From Actinomyces sp. (lineage in GTDB: Bacteria > Actinomycetota > Acidimicrobiia > Acidimicrobiales > Aldehydirespiratoraceae): a stretch of 41,281 bases of DNA. The position numbers were made by a program, and so were the translations under genes. The DNA is taken from contig RFFY01000191.1 of NCBI GenBank assembly GCA_003697065.1, positions 1 to 41,281 on the forward strand. The letters run 5' to 3'. Below, in pieces: positions 8,729 through 17,759 of this stretch (within the stretch, counting starts at the first letter, position 1; the number at the start of each line of letters is the position of its first letter). Below the pieces are notes generated by a model. It was not told the DNA's origin and ran no database searches. It saw nothing but the letters and a program-made list of their open reading frames with translations.

Positions 8729-9682
8729 GTGCGGTCGCGAAGCCAAGAGCTAGTTGATCGCGCTATCGCTGCGATGATCGCCGCGATCGACGCTCATAAT
8801 CGGTTACAAGCCTCCTATCGGGAGGAGACCTTCTCGATTCTGGCCGTGAACGCCTGGGAGTTGCTGCTGAAGGCCAAGTGGCTGGCGGAAAACAAAAACC
8901 GTCTAAACAGCCTATACATCAATGAGGCCAAAGCAGGTAGCCGTCGACGCCGCTACAAGAAGTCCCGTTCCGGCACGTACAGGACCCACGGCCTCCTGTA
9001 TCTGGCTAGAAAGCTGTCCGCGGACGGAATCTTGGATGATATCGCCCTCAGAAATCTCGAAGCAATGGTTGAAGTGCGCGATACGGCAATCCACTTCTAC
9101 AGCCCAAGATCCCGAATCTCAGCAGAGCTATTCGGGCTAGCACTGGCCTGTGTAAAGAACTTCACTTCGGCAGCGGAGGATTGGTTTGGACAGAATCTGG
9201 CGGACCTCAGGACGAGTGTGCTTCCGATTTCGCTAGGACCGGTCAACCTACGCGACTTTGAGGCCCTTTCCACAGACGAACGATCGTTCCTGAGATACCT
9301 CGAAGAACAGAGACCTGAGCACGACGATGGCTCCGGCTCCTACGCGTTCGCAGTTGCGATTGAAGTCAAGTTGGTCGGCTCCGGATCACCAGAAGCAACT
9401 TCGGTCCGGTTGACATCTGATCCGTCAGCCCCCGCCATCAGGCTGACCGAAAAGCAGGTCAAAGACCGCTACCCATGGGACTATAAGGAGTTAACACGCC
9501 GCTGCAAGGAGCGCTATTCAGGCTTTAAGGTCAATAGCGAGTATCACTCACTGCGGAAGGCCCTAGAGAATGACCCAAAGTACGCACACGAGCGGCGACT
9601 CGATCCGGATAAGCCAAGACCAAAGAAGGTATTCTACTCGCCGGCAATACTTGAGGTTCTTGACCGCCACTACAAACGGTAA
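8729..9682 (+). CDS. DUF3644-like protein with an RDxxxH (HEPN-type) motif
   Basis: The N-terminus AIAAMIAAIDAHNRLQASYREETFSILAVNAWELLLKAKWL matches my recollection of the DUF3644 signature. The motif EVRDTAIHFY is present. The gene is visibly AT-richer than its flanks: 28/60 GC at 8881-8940 versus 45/60 at 8401-8460 by hand count. It lies on the strand opposite to the transfer operon. Confidence 0.7.
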   Translation: MRSRSQELVDRAIAAMIAAIDAHNRLQASYREETFSILAVNAWELLLKAKWLAENKNRLNSLYINEAKAGSRRRRYKKSRSGTYRTHGLLYLARKLSADGILDDIALRNLEAMVEVRDTAIHFYSPRSRISAELFGLALACVKNFTSAAEDWFGQNLADLRTSVLPISLGPVNLRDFEALSTDERSFLRYLEEQRPEHDDGSGSYAFAVAIEVKLVGSGSPEATSVRLTSDPSAPAIRLTEKQVKDRYPWDYKELTRRCKERYSGFKVNSEYHSLRKALENDPKYAHERRLDPDKPRPKKVFYSPAILEVLDRHYKR

Positions 9683-9706
9683 AGGCAATCGAATCTTGCT
9701 GGGTCG

Positions 9707-11397
9707 CTAGCCCCGATCCTTCACGAGTCTGTGGGGGTTGATGGGCGCGTATCCGCGTAGAGGCCCTCGTGGGCTGGGATTCTGATCTGACGTTGTCGAC
9801 GCGTCCGAATCTCGCACCAGGAGGGCACCTACGAGGTGAACAGTATCTGCACGGTTCCGGTGGTTGTGGAAGGGGGCGGCGAAGGTGTCGTCGCTCACGT
9901 TGGGTTGCATGCTCTTGGCGCGTTCGCGGACCGTCTCGGGTTGGGCCATTCGCTCTCGGCGGTGATCCCGTGGACCGGTGAGCGGGCGCCGGTCCATGAC
10001 CGCGGCAAGGTCCTCACGCAGACCATGTTGATGCTGGCCGGGGGCGGCGAGGCGTGCACCGACATCGAACATCTCCGAGCCCAGGGTGTGCTGTTCGGGT
10101 CGGTGCCGTCGGACTCGACGCTGCACCGGGTCATGCATCAACTCGACGAGTCGACTCGGGCCGGGTTGTGGGACGCAATGGCGGGGGTGCGCGCCCAGGT
10201 GTGGTCGCGCTCGTCGGCGACGATGAGCGGTGAGGTCGTGTTGGACATCGACGCGTCCCTCCACGAGATCCACTCGGAGAACAAGGACGGGACTGCTCCG
10301 CATTACAAGGGCGGGTTCGGGTTCGCTCCGATGTATTGCACCGCGGATGCCACCGGCGAGGTGCTCGGCGTGAAGCTGCGGCCGGGCAACGCCGGCGCGA
10401 ACAACATCGCCGATCACGTCGCGGTCCTCGACCAGGCCATCGCCGGGCTTCCCGCCGAGGTCGCCGCCGGGCACGCCCGCGGCGACGATCCGGGTCTGGT
10501 GCAGCGCAGCGTTCGGGTGCGGACCGACTCCGCTGGGTGCACCGCGTTCGTTCATCGCTGCTGTGAACGCAACATCGGCTTCAGTGTCGTGGCTCGCCGC
10601 AACGCCAGTGTTCACGCAGCGATCAGCCGGATCCGTTTCGACGACGAAGCCTGGACCCAGGCGCTCACCCAGCACGGCAAGCCCCGCAAAGGCGCCGCGG
10701 TCGCCGACGTGACCGAACACGCCGACCTGTCGGGCTGGCCGGCCGGCACCCGGCTGATCGTGCGACGCGAACCGTTGCATCCCGGCGCGCAAGGATCGCT
10801 GTTCCCTTCCGAGACGTTCCGCTACTGGGGCCACTACACCGACTCGACCCTCGATCCGGTCGCCGCCGACCTCGACATGCGCGGCCACGCCCGAGTCGAA
10901 GACAACATCCGCCGCCTCAAGGACTCCGGCGCCTCCCGGTTCCCGTTCCGCGATCTCGACGCCAACACCGCTTGGCTCGATGTCGTGTGCTTCGCCGACG
11001 CCCTGGTCCGCTGGTTCCAGCTCCTCTGCCTCCCCGGCCGCTACACCAACGCGGAACCCAAAACGATGCGCTGGCAGTTCTGGCACACCCCCGCCCGCAT
11101 CGTTCGTCACGCCCGACGACACGTCCTGCGGATCCTCGATGGCTGGCCCAGCACCGGAGAGATCCTCGCCGCCTACCGCCACATCGAACTCCTCACCTGA
11201 ACACCGGACATCCCGTCGCCCGCGACCACCCCGCCGGCCATGAGGCCCTGCTTCACGCCGCCCCGAAACGGCCGCCAAGCCCCAAATGGCCTCGACCCCA
11301 ACCTCGCCGCCCACGAAATCACCGAGCCCCGACCTCAGCCACTCAGGACAAGACCGCCCCGACCCGCCCGGCCAATCTCATGAGCAATCGGGGCTAG
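9707..11397 (+). mobile_element. IS1380-family insertion sequence
   Basis: Imperfect terminal inverted repeats match at 17/21 positions: CTAGCCCCGATCCTTCACGAG at 9707-9727 and the reverse complement of 11377-11397, CTAGCCCCGATTGCTCATGAG. The CTAG-type ends resemble the CCTAG ends of ISEcp1-like IS. The length is about 1.69 kb with a single transposase ORF. Confidence 0.8.
9836..11200 (+). CDS. IS1380-family DDE transposase
   Basis: VLDIDASLHEIHSENKDGTAPHYKGGFGFAPMYC...LRPGNAGANNIADHVAVLD is typical of IS1380-family transposases. The start is GTG. Confidence 0.85.
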   Translation: MNSICTVPVVVEGGGEGVVAHVGLHALGAFADRLGLGHSLSAVIPWTGERAPVHDRGKVLTQTMLMLAGGGEACTDIEHLRAQGVLFGSVPSDSTLHRVMHQLDESTRAGLWDAMAGVRAQVWSRSSATMSGEVVLDIDASLHEIHSENKDGTAPHYKGGFGFAPMYCTADATGEVLGVKLRPGNAGANNIADHVAVLDQAIAGLPAEVAAGHARGDDPGLVQRSVRVRTDSAGCTAFVHRCCERNIGFSVVARRNASVHAAISRIRFDDEAWTQALTQHGKPRKGAAVADVTEHADLSGWPAGTRLIVRREPLHPGAQGSLFPSETFRYWGHYTDSTLDPVAADLDMRGHARVEDNIRRLKDSGASRFPFRDLDANTAWLDVVCFADALVRWFQLLCLPGRYTNAEPKTMRWQFWHTPARIVRHARRHVLRILDGWPSTGEILAAYRHIELLT

Positions 11398-11421
11398 GTG
11401 CACCCAGGTGTTTTGACCAGG

Positions 11422-12495
11422 TTAGGGGAAGGCGCACGTGCTACCGCCCCGGTCTGGGCTTGCTCGCGCCTCGTTGAGGTGCCTGTCAAGAGTTCCGTGC
11501 CAGTTCCTCGATGTCCGCATCATGTCGTTTAGGTCGCCAGCGGAGAGGTGGAGGACGACGGGTTGGCGGCCGCGGGTCTCGAGGAGGGCGGCGAGCTGCT
11601 GGGCGGCGGCTTGGCCGGCTTGGTCGGGATCGAGGGCGATGACGAGGGGGTGGGGAAGCTTGGCGAGGGCGACGGCGGCGGCTTCGTCGGCGTAGGCGGC
11701 ACTGAGAAGGGCGACGGTCCGGTAGCCGGCCGTGGCAGCGGTGAGGGCGTCGATCATGCCTTCCGTGATGATGATCTCGGGGTGCTGGACGGCCGGTGGC
11801 CGGATGCGGGCAAGCCGAGGGTTGGCGGCGAGCTTTCCCGAGGGGTTGAGGTAGCGGCTCCAGTCGGGCCGGGGATTGGGGATGCGAATCTGGGCGTAGG
11901 TGGCACGTCTGGCGGTGATGACGGGCAGGACGACGCCGGAGGCGCGGGGCATGCCGTCGGGTCGGGGTTGGCGGCGGGGACCCAGGTCGGCGCCGATGCG
12001 GTTACGGGCGAGGACCTCGGCGGGTAGGCCACGGGTGTGGGTAAGCCAGTGTCGGAGCCGGGTGGCTTCGGGGTGCCAGAGGCGTTCGGCGCACTCGTCG
12101 ACGTACCGGTTCAGCCCGTCGAGGTCGTAACAGCCAGCCGCTTCTCGGGTGGGGGCTGGCCGGCGGATCGGCTTTGAGACGGGGGGCTGGCACGGTCGTT
12201 CGTGGTGGCCGGCGCGGGCGGCGAGGTAGGCCATGGCGTCACGGATGGTTGAGCCGTGACAGGCCAGGACAAGGTCGATGGCGGTGCCGCCGTCCCCGCA
12301 GCCGTGGCAGCGCCAGCGCTGTTCTCCTCGGCGGCTGGTGAAGATGCTGACCGGTGGGGTGCGGCCGGTCTGGGCGTGGTTCGGGTTGGGGCAGGGCCAC
12401 ATGCGGCTGCGCCCCCGCCCGTGGCCAGGCCCGAGGAGGTCGTCGGCGAGACTGCGTAGGTCGGTGGCGGCCAGCAGGGCGTCACGGTCGTACAT
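11422..12495 (-). CDS. DnaG-like primase of a conjugative element (CHC2 zinc finger plus Toprim)
   Basis: The CHC2 finger reads CPNPNHAQTG...WRCHGCGDGG. The Toprim domain reads IIITEGMIDAL ... IALDPDQAG. The stop lies 24 nt from the right end of the IS. Confidence 0.85.
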   Translation of the reverse strand: MYDRDALLAATDLRSLADDLLGPGHGRGRSRMWPCPNPNHAQTGRTPPVSIFTSRRGEQRWRCHGCGDGGTAIDLVLACHGSTIRDAMAYLAARAGHHERPCQPPVSKPIRRPAPTREAAGCYDLDGLNRYVDECAERLWHPEATRLRHWLTHTRGLPAEVLARNRIGADLGPRRQPRPDGMPRASGVVLPVITARRATYAQIRIPNPRPDWSRYLNPSGKLAANPRLARIRPPAVQHPEIIITEGMIDALTAATAGYRTVALLSAAYADEAAAVALAKLPHPLVIALDPDQAGQAAAQQLAALLETRGRQPVVLHLSAGDLNDMMRTSRNWHGTLDRHLNEARASPDRGGSTCAFP

Positions 12496-12498
12496 GGC

Positions 12499-13866
12499 TC
12501 ACGCTGCGGCGGTGCGGGATCGCCGGGCCGGGTCGCGCCTTGGAGGGCGGGGGTGTCCGGACCTGCTCGATCGTTGTTCCGGGCGGGCCCGGGCGGTGCC
12601 GTGCATCCGGGAGTCGGTGTCGCAGAGGACGACCTCGGCGGGAGCCAGGACGTGTTGGACCACGGCGCTGCGCCCGCCCAGCTTCCAGAGGGCCCGCCCA
12701 CGCGCGAGTTGGGTGACGATGGCGGCTTCGGGTTCGGTGAGCCCGAAGTGGCTTGTGGCAGCGGCGATCTGGTCGGGGGCTTGCCGGAGAATGATCTTGG
12801 TGGCCGAGTCGGCCAGCAGCCCGGCGGCGATCTTGCTGGTGGCGGTGCCGTCGTCGGCTTGGGCGGCCAGGTCGCTGGCTCTGTGGGTGATGCAGAGGTT
12901 GGCAACGCCGTAGGTTCGGCCGAGCTTGAAGCACGATTGCAGGTAGGCGGCGGTATGAAGGTTGCCGAGCAGAGCCCAGGCTTCGTCGAGAACCTGGATT
13001 CGTTGGGGGCCGGGGCAGGCCATGAGCTGTTGGAACCAGCCGGCGGTGGCGACCATGACCAGAGGAAGCGCGTCGGAGTCGAGGGGCACCGCAGACAGGT
13101 CGAGCACGACGCCGGCGCCGTCCCAGCGCAGCGTGACGGTCGAAGGCCCGTCGAACATGCCTCGCAGGGAGCGAGTGAGGAGCTTGTCGACCGCGTAGGC
13201 GACGGTGCGGGTCTCCGCGGTGAGGTCGGCTCGGGGCCCGAGGCGGTCGTCGAGAATGTGGTCGGGGTTGGTGACGAGATGGGCGACGTCGGCGAGGGTG
13301 GGCTCGGCTCGGATGGTGGTGAGGTGTTCGACGGCGGCGAACAGCAGCGCGTCTTCGGGTTGGGTGAGGGCGCGTTCGAGCACACAGCTGACCAGGGCGG
13401 CGCACATGTGGGCGCGGCGAAGCGTCTGCTTGTCGGGTGGTTCGTGGTCAGCGGCTGGCCCGGGAGCCAGTGGATTGAGGGTGGCGGTGCCGCCGGGGCT
13501 GAGGCGAATGGTGGTGAGCCCGAGATCCTCAGCCAGAGACGTGTACTCGCCTTTGGGGTCGGCGATGGCAACCCAGCGGCCCCCTGGCCCGGTGCCATAC
13601 ACGGCGGCTTGGCGCCATAGGAGGGTCTTTACGAGCGCCGACTTGCCGTTTCCGGGTTCACCGAGCACCCAGGCGTTGGGATTGGTGACCAGCCCGGCCG
13701 CGTAGGCTTCGAAGGGATCCCAGCAGAACTCACCACCGCCCGCGAGCAGATCCAGTCCCACATAGGTACCCCGGTGCCCGAAAGAGCCCTGGACCGAGAA
13801 CGGGTAGATGCTGGCGGTGTGGGCGGTGGTGCCCTGGTGGTAGCGGAGCCGTAGCGAGGGTCGCAT
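12499..13866 (-). CDS. VirB4-like T4SS ATPase, C-terminal NTPase half
   Basis: Walker A is LGEPGNGKS and Walker B is IQVLDEAWALL. ATG 13866 overlaps the upstream TAA (TAATG). Confidence 0.85.
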   Translation of the reverse strand: MRPSLRLRYHQGTTAHTASIYPFSVQGSFGHRGTYVGLDLLAGGGEFCWDPFEAYAAGLVTNPNAWVLGEPGNGKSALVKTLLWRQAAVYGTGPGGRWVAIADPKGEYTSLAEDLGLTTIRLSPGGTATLNPLAPGPAADHEPPDKQTLRRAHMCAALVSCVLERALTQPEDALLFAAVEHLTTIRAEPTLADVAHLVTNPDHILDDRLGPRADLTAETRTVAYAVDKLLTRSLRGMFDGPSTVTLRWDGAGVVLDLSAVPLDSDALPLVMVATAGWFQQLMACPGPQRIQVLDEAWALLGNLHTAAYLQSCFKLGRTYGVANLCITHRASDLAAQADDGTATSKIAAGLLADSATKIILRQAPDQIAAATSHFGLTEPEAAIVTQLARGRALWKLGGRSAVVQHVLAPAEVVLCDTDSRMHGTARARPEQRSSRSGHPRPPRRDPARRSRTAAA

Positions 13867-15365
13867 TAGAGGGCGAGCAGGGTTGCCGGGGCGAGACCCA
13901 GCGGAAGGCTGGCGGCCCAGGCCAGGTCTTGGCGGGCGTCGAGGAGCCGCAGATCCATGCCGGCCTCGCGGGCGAGCTGTTCGACGATCTCGGCGTGTTC
14001 GTCGAGCTCCTCGAGGGTGCGGGCAGACACGCAGACCAGCCCGACATAGCCCATCTCTGGGTAGCCGGCGACGAGTTCTTCTTCCCGGTCCAGCAACGCT
14101 TGGGTGGCCCGCCGGTGTCGGGCATCCACGCGTCGGCCCTTGTCCTGTTTTGTGGCGGCGTCGGACTCGAGCTTCACGAGGTCGCGCTCGATACGGCGCC
14201 GACTCTGGAAGGTGGAGACCGGCCGGAAGTAGACGGTCATGGATCGGGTAACACCCCCGCCCGACAAGAAGGGCTCCAGCCAGCTGGGAGGTACGGCCAT
14301 CCGGGGCCAGGTGCCGACCCACCAGGTGCGGTGGTAAGCGCCGTCGACCCGCAGGTGCCGCCAGTCGCCTTCGACGGCCATGGGACCGGCGGTGGAGGAC
14401 CGAAGATGGGCGAGCCGGTCGACCAGCCGGCCGTGGCGCGGCCGGGGCCGGGCGTCGAGGGGGTCGATGCGGGTCCGGATCAGTCGTTGCAGTCCGGGCG
14501 GGTCGTGAGGGTCGCCGGCGGCGAGGTCCGCTGATTGCAAACCCCGCAAGAGGGCTTCGACGGCGGTGATCAGGGCCCGCTGGAGAGGTTCGTCGCCGCG
14601 GTTGGTTCGACTGTGGTGGCGGGCCAGCCGGTCACGAGCAACCGTGATGGACACGACGACCTGGTGGTTGATCGCCGAGGTGGCGCCGAGCTCGAGCAGT
14701 TGCCGGTAGGAGTCCACTGCTACCGGGTTGGGCGTGCCGCGGCCGGCGCTGTCGATCCAGGCGAGATGGTCACCCAGCCCGGAGGGCTGGGCCAGGTCCG
14801 ACCAGGAGAGGTGAGTCACGACTCCCCGCTCGACCGCGTACTGACCCAGGAGATCGCCCCAGCCCGCCAGCAGGCGTTCTTGTTCGGGGCGGGGAGCCAC
14901 CACGAACTGGGGCCCGCTGACCGGCACGACCGCGGTGAGAGTGTGGCGGTGCCGATCGCGGATCGCTCCGAGCGTGGATCCGGCCCGCCAATCGATCCCG
15001 ACGATGTCGAGACCGGCCAGGCACGGCGGCATCGGAGCCGCCGCATCGCCGGTGGGCCACAGGGGAAGCGGCGCGACCCACTGGCGACCGCGCCGCCACC
15101 GGGCCCACGACCAGCCGGCCAGCAGTGGCACCCACTCCCACGTGGGATGACCACCCAGCCGCGTGAAGCTGACCAGCGCGGCGACCAACACCGGAACGGC
15201 GGCCACCGGCAACACAACCCCAGCGGTCAGAGCCGCAACCCCAACGGTGAGACCCCCGCCGATGAGGGCGCACTGGGTCAGCCCGAGGCCCAGGAAGATG
15301 CCCGAGTCATCCAGCGGCTCGAGCCGGTAGGTGCGCTCGGAACGTTCACCGGCCATCGCGGCCAC
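13866..15365 (-). CDS. Membrane protein equivalent to a VirB3-like TM region plus the VirB4 N-terminal domain (SCO6880-like)
   Basis: Two N-terminal TM helices (GLTQCALIGGGLTVGVAALTAGVVLPVAAVPVLVAALV) precede a soluble domain of about 400 aa. The gene sits directly in front of the VirB4 ATPase half and is coupled to it. An alternative ATG start lies at 15356. Confidence 0.65.
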   Translation of the reverse strand: MAAMAGERSERTYRLEPLDDSGIFLGLGLTQCALIGGGLTVGVAALTAGVVLPVAAVPVLVAALVSFTRLGGHPTWEWVPLLAGWSWARWRRGRQWVAPLPLWPTGDAAAPMPPCLAGLDIVGIDWRAGSTLGAIRDRHRHTLTAVVPVSGPQFVVAPRPEQERLLAGWGDLLGQYAVERGVVTHLSWSDLAQPSGLGDHLAWIDSAGRGTPNPVAVDSYRQLLELGATSAINHQVVVSITVARDRLARHHSRTNRGDEPLQRALITAVEALLRGLQSADLAAGDPHDPPGLQRLIRTRIDPLDARPRPRHGRLVDRLAHLRSSTAGPMAVEGDWRHLRVDGAYHRTWWVGTWPRMAVPPSWLEPFLSGGGVTRSMTVYFRPVSTFQSRRRIERDLVKLESDAATKQDKGRRVDARHRRATQALLDREEELVAGYPEMGYVGLVCVSARTLEELDEHAEIVEQLAREAGMDLRLLDARQDLAWAASLPLGLAPATLLAL

Positions 15366-16653
15366 CTCGATGCGGAGGCCGGGCCGGGTCGGCCGTTTGG
15401 CCTGGGCCGGGTGGGCGCCGGCGGGACGGGTTGGGATCTCGTCGGGCGGCCGCGCTGACCGCGCCGGCGGTCTCGGTGACTACCCGTCCCCCGCGGGCGG
15501 CCGCACCTGCCGTGGCGCGTGCCGCCACTGCGCCGACGGTTGCCGCGCCGACCGGTGAGGACCCTGGTGGGGATGCCGTGGCCGCCGTGGGTGTGCCGGG
15601 GGCGGACCGGGCGTTGGCGATCTGCGCGTAGCGACGCCCCGAGACCATCTGGGCCGTATTGGCCAGCATGAGCCCTTGGTGGCCGGCTCGGACCGGTCCG
15701 CTTCGGATCCCCTGGGCGACCATCGCCGCTTCGGTCAACGGCAGCAAACGGGCGACCAGCAACGGCGAGAAGGCCGACACGCCGAAAGCGGCCGCCGCGG
15801 TGAGCAGGATCCCCACGGCTTGGGTGACCGACCCGCCGGGATCCTCGGCGAACACCTCCGGCGGCGGGAGTGCGGTGACCTCCCCACCGGCGCCGGTGCC
15901 GACCGCCGCGGCTGCGGCCACCGACAGAGCGACCGCAATGACCAGCTTGGAGACGACCAGGGCCACGAGCAGGTCCAACAGCCGACGGCTGGCGCCTTTG
16001 GTCGCCGGCCACAGGCGTGCGGCGAACACCAGCGGGGCCAGCGCCACGACGATGTAGATGAGCGCGGAGCGCACCACCAGCTCGGCAACCAGCACCAGAC
16101 CGGCGAGCACGGTGACCAATCCGAGGATGAACACCACGAAGGCGCTGGCCGGTCCGCCGCTGAGCACGGCGAGGCTGCTCACCACCGCACCGAAGTCGGC
16201 GAGGTCGTCCTGGAAGGTGGCCAGCACCTGACCGGAGAGGGCGTCGGTGACCCGGATGAGGATCTGAGTGATGGTGACCCGCCCGATCATCCCGAGGACC
16301 GAGATGGGCAACTCGACGCCGATGCGGTGCAGCATCCCGGCGGCGTCGCCGGCCAGGGTCCCTTGGACGATCCCCGCGAGCACGAACAGCACCAGCAGTC
16401 CCGCCCCGATCTGCAGCGTGGTCGCGTAGGGGCCGTCGCCGGTGATGAACCAGTCCGCCTGCACATTGGGGTCGCTGGCGTCGACGAAGAAGTTGAACAC
16501 TCCGCCCACGACCCACACCACGGCGTCGATGACCCAGGCAGTGAGCCCGCCGATGATGACCTCGAACCCGGCGGTGGCCACGTCACCGACGAATCCGGTG
16601 ACCTTGTCGATCACCCATCCGACGGGATTGGGAAACCCGAAAGCCAGGATCAT
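15346..16653 (-). CDS. Polytopic membrane protein, TrbL/VirB6-like
   Basis: There are at least 6 hydrophobic helices and an A/P/G/R-rich C-terminal tail. ATG 16653 overlaps the upstream stop (ATGA). The position between the VirB8-like and VirB4 genes fits this role. Confidence 0.7.
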   Translation of the reverse strand: MILAFGFPNPVGWVIDKVTGFVGDVATAGFEVIIGGLTAWVIDAVVWVVGGVFNFFVDASDPNVQADWFITGDGPYATTLQIGAGLLVLFVLAGIVQGTLAGDAAGMLHRIGVELPISVLGMIGRVTITQILIRVTDALSGQVLATFQDDLADFGAVVSSLAVLSGGPASAFVVFILGLVTVLAGLVLVAELVVRSALIYIVVALAPLVFAARLWPATKGASRRLLDLLVALVVSKLVIAVALSVAAAAAVGTGAGGEVTALPPPEVFAEDPGGSVTQAVGILLTAAAAFGVSAFSPLLVARLLPLTEAAMVAQGIRSGPVRAGHQGLMLANTAQMVSGRRYAQIANARSAPGTPTAATASPPGSSPVGAATVGAVAARATAGAAARGGRVVTETAGAVSAAARRDPNPSRRRPPGPGQTADPARPPHRGGRDGR

Positions 16654-17372
16654 CGGACCGGCTCCCCATCCATACGGACAAAGCCGTCCAGGGCCCGGTC
16701 GAACGGTTCGGCGTCCCAGGGCTGATCGTGAGGGCCGGCCAGGGGTGTCGGTCCCGGGCTGTTGCGCACCCCGTCGACCCGCCAGTCCCCGTCGACCCAG
16801 GCGAGATCGAGGGTGACGGTGAGGAACTCGGTCTGGGGTGCGGCCACCCCGGCCGCAGAGAGGATCGTGATCGTCCACACCGACACCCGGGCCTCATGGG
16901 GCCCGTAGTGCTCGACCCGCCAAGCCAAGGGTCGCACCAGCCACCAGATACGACCGCTGGCGCGGGCGAGCTGGTCACGGGCCATCGACACCTCGGCGAC
17001 CACCTCGTCGGCCAGCCGGGCCGCCGCCACCGGGGTGGCGATCCCACCGACCGCGGCGCGGATCTCCTCGTCGGTGAAGTACAACCAGCGCTGGGAAGCC
17101 GTCGCGTAGGCCACCGCCGCGGCCACCGCTCCAGGCTCATCTCGGGAAAAGCCGACCGGAACCCCGGCCACCTCGCCAGCCGGACCAGGCGTGCCGGCCA
17201 GGACGGTGGCCTGTACCGGGACCGCGGCCGTGGTCGTGGTCGACCCCCCGCGGTTCCCCGGCGAACCGTTCGGCCACCGGACGAGCAGCGTCCCGGCCAC
17301 CGCCAAGCCCAACGCCACGAGGACCACCGCGGCCGTCCGCGGCAGCCGACGGTTCGCGCCGGCGGCCCTCAT
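16650..17372 (-). CDS. Membrane-anchored extracytoplasmic protein (possible VirB8/TcpC-like T4SS component)
   Basis: The N-terminal anchor RLPRTAAVVLVALGLAVAGTLLV is followed by a globular domain of about 190 aa. ATGA overlaps occur at both ends. The functional call rests on position only. Confidence 0.5.
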   Translation of the reverse strand: MRAAGANRRLPRTAAVVLVALGLAVAGTLLVRWPNGSPGNRGGSTTTTAAVPVQATVLAGTPGPAGEVAGVPVGFSRDEPGAVAAAVAYATASQRWLYFTDEEIRAAVGGIATPVAAARLADEVVAEVSMARDQLARASGRIWWLVRPLAWRVEHYGPHEARVSVWTITILSAAGVAAPQTEFLTVTLDLAWVDGDWRVDGVRNSPGPTPLAGPHDQPWDAEPFDRALDGFVRMDGEPVR

Positions 17373-17659
17373 CGCGCCGCCTGGAAGAGCATGTTGACCG
17401 CCGTGGGGGCGACACCGGCCAGGATCGCACCCACCACGCCGCCCAGCGCCAGCGCCTTGCCTCGGCTGGCGCCACCGTAGCTGCCGCCCTCACGGGCCAG
17501 GCCGTACATGGCCGCCCCGATCAGCAACGCCGCCAGGCTGCCCCACAACGCCAGCATCTGGGCCCAGTTCAAGAGCCGCTGGATCAACTCGGCGCCGGGC
17601 ATGCCGTCGGTGCTCGGATCCACGCTCACCTGGGCCAACACGGCTCGGACGACAAACAT
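17369..17659 (-). CDS. Small two-TM protein, VirB2/TrbC pilin-like candidate
   Basis: The protein is 96 aa with two hydrophobic helices (MLALWGSLAALLIGAAMYG and LALGGVVGAILAGVAP). A GGAGGTG SD precedes the ATG. It is the first gene of the transfer operon. Confidence 0.55.
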   Translation of the reverse strand: MFVVRAVLAQVSVDPSTDGMPGAELIQRLLNWAQMLALWGSLAALLIGAAMYGLAREGGSYGGASRGKALALGGVVGAILAGVAPTAVNMLFQAAR

Positions 17660-17742
17660 CGGGGCTCACCTCCACGGGATCAGGGATGGGGTCAACCCCG
17701 TAAGCCCCCCGGCGGCCCGAAACTCTCCACAACCGACGCGAA

Positions 17743-17759
17743 GAACCCCAGCGGGGTTC
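17743..17759. promoter_or_regulatory. Perfect palindrome GAACCCC-AGC-GGGGTTC in the divergent promoter region
   Basis: The 7-bp arms and 3-nt spacer sit 14 nt upstream of the hydrolase ATG. The palindrome lies between the divergent transfer operon and the hydrolase unit. Confidence 0.3.

Noticed and set aside
9707-11314. 535-aa minus-strand ORF antisense to the IS1380 transposase
   Set aside because: It has G/R/A/V-rich composition and no motifs. The plus-strand frame has the recognisable IS1380 transposase sequence.
9695-11405. Target-site duplication for the IS1380-family element
   Set aside because: The flanks (GGGTCG on the left, GTGCAC on the right) do not match for any 4-5 bp register within +/-1 nt of the IR ends. 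It is reported as absent rather than forced.
12111-13598. 495-aa P/S/T/A-rich minus-strand ORF, plus the 12482-13405 and 12553-13620 ORFs, overlapping the primase and VirB4 genes
   Set aside because: They are low-complexity, span two genes with strong motifs in another frame, and show no start-site support.
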